Source of the DNA: Cladosporium halotolerans
Lineage: Eukaryota
Assembly: GCF_011745625.1 (NCBI RefSeq)
Contig: NW_027191453.1
Span: forward strand, 806,001-870,000
Direction: 5' to 3'
DNA length: 64,000 nt
The position numbers were made by a program, and so were the translations under genes. Of this stretch, positions 57,624 through 64,000 are shown one piece after another; the first letter of the stretch is position 1, and each line of letters opens with the position of its first letter. Below the pieces are notes generated by a model that was not told the DNA's origin, made no database searches, and saw only the letters and a program-made list of their open reading frames with translations.

Positions 57624-59327
57624 TCAAACATGCACCCTCCACACCGCCCTCCGATGACACCGGTTCTTCACCCTATACCCCGCCTCCTCCATCCTCTGCC
57701 TCACAGTCCAATGCATGACGGGCTCCAGGTCCTGCACAGCCCTGTACCGCCCCAGATTCATCGTCAGCCGCTTCGTCCAGTCGTCGCTGCGCAGGTTCTG
57801 CACCCGGATCTTCACCGGCCACAGCTCCCCCAGCCACCAGCCGCGCGCCTGCACCAGCTGGTCGTTCATTGGCGCCAGCGCGTCGAAGTAGTCCTCCACC
57901 TGCTCCGGCAGCAGGTCCGCCTCGCCCGCGGACGCGGGGTAGTCGAGGTCGCCGTGCGCCGTGAAGTGCTTGAGCGCGGCGGGGCGGCGGTGCAGCGCGG
58001 GGAGGTCGGCGTGCTTCGCGAGCTCGAGGACGGCGGGCGAGGGCCCGACGGAGGGCCGGTGGCGGGGCTCGAGGATCGGCCAGAGGCTCGGGACGTCGAG
58101 GCCGGTTTCGGCGAGCGCGTCGCGCTTGAACAGGATGCCCGTGTTGCACTTGAAGGCCTCGCGGATCATCCAGCGCAGCGGGATGCGCGCGAGGACGTGC
58201 CGGGTTTCGTTGCGCACGGCGCCGCCGCCGACGTCCGCGTGCGCGCCGGCGAACCAGACTTCGAGGACGTCGGCGGGCGGTCGCTCGGCGTCGTCGGAGC
58301 GCGCCTCGGCTTCGTAGTCGATGTCGTCGTGGGAGGGGGTGGCGGGGTCGGAGAAGGGGTTGTTGGAGGAGGGGGAGCGGCCGGCGATGGTGGAGGAGGA
58401 GGCGCTGGAGGGCTTTCGGCTGCTGCGGTGGCGGAGATGGCTGAGCTCGAGGTCTTTGGCCTGTTCGGAGCGGTGGGTGCGGCGGAGGGTGTTGCGAAAG
58501 TGGCGGAGTTTGCTTTCGGTGTGCGCTTCGTGAGACTTGTCCTGGCGGACCCAGCGGCAGACTTTGAATTTGGCGCGATGCTCATCGAGGGCCATGGCGT
58601 GGCGGAAGTAGTCGATTTTGTTGCTGGAGGTCTTGGTGAAGGGGAGCCTCCGGGGTATCATGCCGACGCTGGCTACGCAGTCCCACAGGCCCAGGAAGTA
58701 GACGTTGACTTCGATGCAGAAGGTCTTCTTGAAGCCTTGGCTCATCTTCCAACCGACTTCTGAATCGTCTTTGAAGAAGTTGTAGGCGAAGTGGACTTGA
58801 GCGGTGTTGTGCGCTGGCAGCAGGCCAACTTTGTTGAGCATGCCAGCCAAACACCGAGCAGTGTAGGCGCCTCGTGAGAAACCGAACAGACAGATGCGGT
58901 CGCCTTCGTGATAGTTTTGCATGAGGAATTCGTACGCGTCTCTCACGTGAACACCCAGAGAGCTGCCCACGGCCATGTCCATAGCAGCGGTGAATCCACC
59001 GCTGAGGCCTTGGCCATCGTAGGTGCCAATGCCACTCTGGTAGTAGACGACTTGGTTTGGATCATCTTTCTTCAAGGTGGAGACGAAGTGCACGACATTG
59101 CTGTTGTCGTGGTCGAATTGATCTCCAGTTCCGTCCAGGCAAACCACGAGCGTCCTGCCTTTGGGTGGCAAATAGCGAGAGTCCTCCACCGCGTGGATAT
59201 CGACAGGGAGTTTCGGAGGCTTGCTGGCGGCGGTGTATGCCTTGGCTTCCTCATACGCAGACAGACATTCAGGGTGCTTTTGCGCAGGATACCTCCGCGG
59301 CGTCCAGTGCTCGTCGACCGATGACAT
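57624..59327 (-). CDS. DUF2235 (Tle1-like phospholipase catalytic domain) alpha/beta hydrolase
   Basis: Motifs LVVCLDGTG...NSNVV, YYQSGIGTY, nucleophile elbow LFGFSRGAYTAR.LAGM, LGLWDCVASVG, FRHAMALDEHR and EVWFAGAHADVGGG. The start is uncertain and an upstream exon is possible. Confidence 0.9.
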   Translation of the reverse strand: MSSVDEHWTPRRYPAQKHPECLSAYEEAKAYTAASKPPKLPVDIHAVEDSRYLPPKGRTLVVCLDGTGDQFDHDNSNVVHFVSTLKKDDPNQVVYYQSGIGTYDGQGLSGGFTAAMDMAVGSSLGVHVRDAYEFLMQNYHEGDRICLFGFSRGAYTARCLAGMLNKVGLLPAHNTAQVHFAYNFFKDDSEVGWKMSQGFKKTFCIEVNVYFLGLWDCVASVGMIPRRLPFTKTSSNKIDYFRHAMALDEHRAKFKVCRWVRQDKSHEAHTESKLRHFRNTLRRTHRSEQAKDLELSHLRHRSSRKPSSASSSTIAGRSPSSNNPFSDPATPSHDDIDYEAEARSDDAERPPADVLEVWFAGAHADVGGGAVRNETRHVLARIPLRWMIREAFKCNTGILFKRDALAETGLDVPSLWPILEPRHRPSVGPSPAVLELAKHADLPALHRRPAALKHFTAHGDLDYPASAGEADLLPEQVEDYFDALAPMNDQLVQARGWWLGELWPVKIRVQNLRSDDWTKRLTMNLGRYRAVQDLEPVMHWTVRQRMEEAGYRVKNRCHRRAVWRVHV

Positions 59328-60945
59328 TCTGTTGAATGGTCCCGAATATTGATCCAACGGTGAAAGTGGCTGAGAATTGCCGAAGACGTGTGGGAAAGGG
59401 CGACTTGATCATGTAGCGCCTGTCATCTGTCTATACAACGAGCCATCGGACGAGCAGCCAGCAGATCCCAGCCTGTCGCACATGTTGCACGGATCTGCAC
59501 TCGGGTAGGCTTAGACTAAATCACGCGTCCGCAGGCCAATAGGGCCGGGGCTAAGACCCCATGCGTTGTCGACATCGCGGAAGCGATCTGCCGATGCTCG
59601 ATGACATTAGGATGACTGGCATGGTATCAGCTGATGCATGCTGCGTCAATGGCCATGGCTCAACGAAGGGCGTCGACATAAGAGCGATGCATCAATACAA
59701 TCGGACGCGCTGGGTCCGCAGCCTGGACGGGTACAGCAGCAAGATGCGCTGGCAGGGCAGTAAGCAGACTGCCGTGCTTCGCTAGGTGCGCCGATGAGAA
59801 AGCTGACGATCGTCGCCGGAGTGATGGGAGCCACGCCAGCTCGCAGCGTTAGTAGCAGAGTCGTTCCTTAACGGTGTCGACGGTTGGAGGTTGGCGTCTA
59901 TAGCGCGCTGAATATGCGGGCCCGCGGGATCACCAGCCGGCCCATTCCTCACCCACACGATCGCCCGCGCTGGCCACGTCTTCGGGAATTTGTGTGGCCC
60001 AGTCGGGAAATGTTCGACGTCTCTCCTGCGGCCCTGGCCTAGCACCGGGTCTCTGGCGCCGACAGTCCGCCCCACTGAGCCATGCTGGATTGGGAATATG
60101 CGCGTGGATACTGGTCAGCACGCCCGCGGTGTATGCATATTGACGAGCAGCACCACTAATGCCCGGCGCTTGACTGGGTGCTGCTTGACCGCACCTGCCG
60201 CACACACCCCGTCTGCCACTTATATACCAGGGTGCCAGGACGGAGAATGCTCCACTGGTCGTTGTTCCGCCGCAAACCTTTCAGGGCACACACCACCCAC
60301 GCAGCCACGCGCACATCTCGACAGAAACTGTCCAAGCGATCCCTGAGGATATCATATCTGTTGCCCTGACGCGGCGTGTCCCCGCGCATGAAGCGCACAC
60401 GCTGCCCCACCACGATTGATTCTGTCCATTCTCTTTCTAGGCAATGGAGGCAAAAGACATTGATGATGACGCATTCGATGGGCGTGGGACATGCATGCGT
60501 TTCGTCTAACCGACGCCTTACTGCTTAGCTTCGTGAGTCCCTGCGCCTCTCAACAACCATGTCATTGGGTCAGCACCCCGTGTCCGCGATGCATCGCGAT
60601 CCCTGGCCTCCCACGTCAAGGCCCGGGACGAACGATAGGCGCACTCGGCCCGCATGGCGACGCCGATCACCTGAACGATGCGACACTATCGTGTTGTAGC
60701 TTATGCGCATTGCGTAGCTATGTAGACCTGTGGTGTGTCCCGCGCAGATGCGTGTTTGGTTGTCTTTTCATTCTGCTCTCATCCTCTACTGCCCTCTCAT
60801 TGTGCTCTCTACCTAGCAATTTTCTCACACGACCAATTACTATCACGACCACTCACCTCTACCAACGGAGAGTATCTTCAAACTCGGTTTGGGCAAGCTT
60901 GGAGACGAATCTTGATTGTCTTCTCGCGGAAGAGCAACTTTCACA

Positions 60946-63900
60946 ATGGCTGTTGAACAGCTGAGGAGCCTTATTAGCGCCATCCGCAAGGATCCTGCAC
61001 GCGCTCCCGATGGCAAGTACGATCAGGTCTCCGACGACAAGACCTCTGTGGTAGCGGATATGTACAACCTTGACTTCAAGGACAAGAAGATGTTACTGGA
61101 GGTAAGCTATCCGAAAACACTTCCGCTAGCCAAAGAGCCTCCACTCCATTTCCGGATCCCAAACTGCTCTGGTTTCTTGTGAAGGCCTCACGCTGCCGAA
61201 CCATATGCTGACCACCGGTCCAAGGCCATTCCTACCATCGCCTCCGGTGCACCAATGGACGACAAGGACCTGATGCTGGAACATGGCGTCTCAATCCTTC
61301 AAGGGCTTCCTAGCAACAGTGGTTTGGGCGAGACAGTTGCGAACAAATTCATCGGCATGCTGTGGAATGACCTTCCTCATCCTCCTCCGACTCTGGCAAG
61401 TCCCGAAAGCAGATACAGACGACATGATGGTGGAGGCAACAGCCCTTGGGACCCTGAGATGGGCAAAGCTGGGTCGCCATACGCGCGCAACGTGCCACCT
61501 TCGAAAACTAAGGGCCCCAACCTGCCCGACCCAGAGCTCGTGTACGAACAGCTCATGAAGCGCAAGGGACCCTTCCGCGAGCATCCATCTGGCTTGAACC
61601 GCCTCTTCTTCTCCTTCGCTACCGTTGTCATCCACGAGTGTTTTCAGACTAGCCACATGCCCGGGAAGTCTCACATCAATGAGACTTCTAGCTATGTCGA
61701 TCTCAGCACACTGTACGGCAACACTGGGGAGGATCAGAAGAAGGTCAGGACGTACGAGCAGGGACTCATCTTCCCCGACTCAATTGCTTCAGAGAGAATC
61801 ATGATGATGCCTCCTGGTGTCGTTGCCGTGCTGTTGATGTTCTCACGAAACCACAACCAAATCGCCGAGTCTCTGTTCTCTATCAACGAGGAAGGGAAGT
61901 ACCGTCCTTTGGAAACATTGAGCGCTGACGAGAAGACTTGGTGAGTTATCATCATCTCGACAAAAGACCAAACAGATCTGACAAAGCGTAATTACAGGCA
62001 AGACAACGACATTTTCCAGCTCGCTCGCAACATCAATGTCGGCTTTTTCGCTACCGTGGTTCTGAAAGACTACGTTGCTGCAATCCTCAACACACCACGC
62101 GCCGACTCCGAGTGGTGGCTCAACCTTGGAAAGGAGATTCCTCAGCCTGGCGGCCAGCGCCTTGAGCGTGGCACCGGCAACGTGGTATCCACTGAGTTTG
62201 CCGTTCTCTACCACTGGCATGCTGCTCTCAGTGCCGCTGATGACCAGTGGATGGAGGATGTCATCAGAGAAGCCATTCCTGAGCTGGGAGACATCAATGA
62301 CATGACGCCTGAAATGATGACCAAGGTCTACAGGCTGTTCGGCACAAAGTACCACACGACACCCGCCAAAGAATGGACCTTTGGCGGCCTTGAGAGAGGC
62401 GAGGACGGTAAATTTAGCGACTTCGATCTGGCCGAAGTTATCAAGGACTGCATTGAGGAGCCCGCGCACGCTTTCGGTGCTCATGGCACACCTGCTAGTC
62501 TGAGGTGCGTTGATATCATGGGTATGCTGCAGGCACGCAACCAGTTCAACGTTTGCACTATGAACGAGTAAGTCAGATCTCCCGGTTTCAAGGGAACATG
62601 AAATGCTAACCTCGACAGATTCCGCAAATATCTGAATCTGAAAACTTACGAGAGCTTTGATGAGTGGAACGAGGACAAGGAGACTGCCAGAGCTGCCGAG
62701 CTTCTGTACGGCCACATCGACAACCTCGAGTTGTACCCTGGGTTGATGGCGGAGTGCACTAAGCCCGCAATGCCTGGTAGTGGTGTCTGCCCCGGACAGA
62801 CCACGGGACGTGGTATTCTTGATGATGCTGTCGCGCTGGTCCGCGGTGATCGTTTCCTGAGCTACGACTTCAACAGCAGCACCCTCACCAACTGGGGTGC
62901 GGCGAAGATTTCCGAGGCCGCGCCTGGAGCGTACGGCGGGATGCTTCCCACCCTTCTCATGAACGCGCTTCCTGGTGGCTGGACCGGCACTTCTTCCTAC
63001 GCCTTACTTCCGTTTTACACTCCTCGTGCGGCACGTGGAATTCTGAGAGACAACGGTGTCATCGACAAGTACGACACTGAGCGTCCTCCTAGCGGCAGAG
63101 AGATTGTCGGTATCCACACTCAGGCTGGCTGCAAGGCTGTCTTCGAGGACCGCCAGAACTTCCGCGTCATGTACCAGCATGCCATCAGGAAGTGCACCGA
63201 CGGGCACGACTTCATGATCGGCTGGGACGAGGCCAAAAGGCACGATGACCGCTCCAAATTCCTCCACGACGTGTTCTTCGAGCAAGGCTTCGAAGCCAAC
63301 GTCACCAAGTTCTTCCGTAGCACGGTCGCCGACCTCATCAAGAAGAAGTCACTCTCGTACAAGGGCACCCGCCGATCGCTGAACGTCGTCCGTGACGTCT
63401 GCAACGTCACTCCCATCATGTGGCTCGCCAACCGCTTCTCCATCCCCCTCAAGACCGAAGACACACCTCGCGGTCTGCTCACCATCCCGCAGCTCTTTGA
63501 CTGCTACCTCGTCCTCTTCATATACCAGAGCTTCAATATCCTCCCCATGAGCGAATGGAAGCTCCGCGAGGGCGCCAGCAAAGTCTCCCCCCTCCTGCGC
63601 AAGATCTTCGAGACCCACCTGCGCACGCAATCCGGCCTCACGGAGCACTTCGTCGACTGGATGGCCAAAGGCAGCGCCTTCGAAGTCAAGCCCGAAGCCG
63701 ACCGCCTCTACAAGGCGCTCAACGACTCCGACCTCCCCGTCGGCGACCTCGTCGGCGACTGCATCGGCATGGGCGCCCCCGTCGCCGGCAACATCACGCA
63801 GCAGGCCTCGCTGCTCATCGACCTCTTCCTGTCCCCCGACTACGAGCAGTACAAGAACCGCATCGTCGAGCTCGCGCACATGGACGAGGCCATCTCCGAG

Positions 63901-64000
63901 CGCGAGCTGCAGGGCTTCGTGTTCGAGGGCATGCGCCACGCCGGCGTCGTGCCGGGCCTGCCGCGCGTGGCAGCCAAGGACGTCGTCGTCAACGACGGCG
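60946..64000 (+). CDS. Ppo/linoleate diol synthase-type fatty acid dioxygenase (heme peroxidase)-P450 fusion, 3' end beyond the window; introns 61102-61224, 61941-61997, 62568-62618
   Basis: Motifs LWNDLPHPP, G.AGSPYARNV, distal His VVIHECFQT, SSYVDLSTLYG, FQLARNIN, GNVVSTEFAVLYHWHA (Tyr and proximal His), LYGHIDNLELYPGL and DDAVALVRGDRF. A P450 ExxR motif (FVFEGMRH) lies near the window end. Confidence 0.93.

Overview
Eukaryotic, intron-containing, GC-rich DNA from a filamentous ascomycete, most likely a Dothideomycete. This is inferred from gene content, short GT-AG introns with CTRAC branch sites and protein style. About 23 protein-coding genes are supported. Housekeeping genes: RAD17-like clamp loader, ADE13, NUP82, CBC2/CBP20, SNO1/PDX2, Sfp-type PPTase, Tudor-SN, neutral trehalase, TOM70, ABZ2-like lyase and a DysF-domain Mug65/Spo73-like protein. 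Others: DUF4267, DUF1365, DUF2235 and CHRD proteins, several hypothetical proteins, and a Ppo/linoleate diol synthase-type peroxidase-P450 fusion cut off by the window end. Two loci stand out. (1) An NB-ARC/TPR NLR whose real N-terminus is encoded by two small upstream exons absent from the long ORF; the first carries a HET-s-like amyloid signalling motif, and no cognate effector gene is visible nearby. (2) An ORP1-like, repeat-expanded gene flanked by two different periodic DNA arrays: 7 x ~69 bp with a conserved AAGTG-N5-CACTT dyad, and 4 x ~80 bp plus one inverted core. It sits next to scrambled, partly inverted pseudogene fragments of itself. No tRNA, rRNA, CRISPR array or intact transposon was recognised. 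All family calls come from motif recognition by eye, not from database searches.
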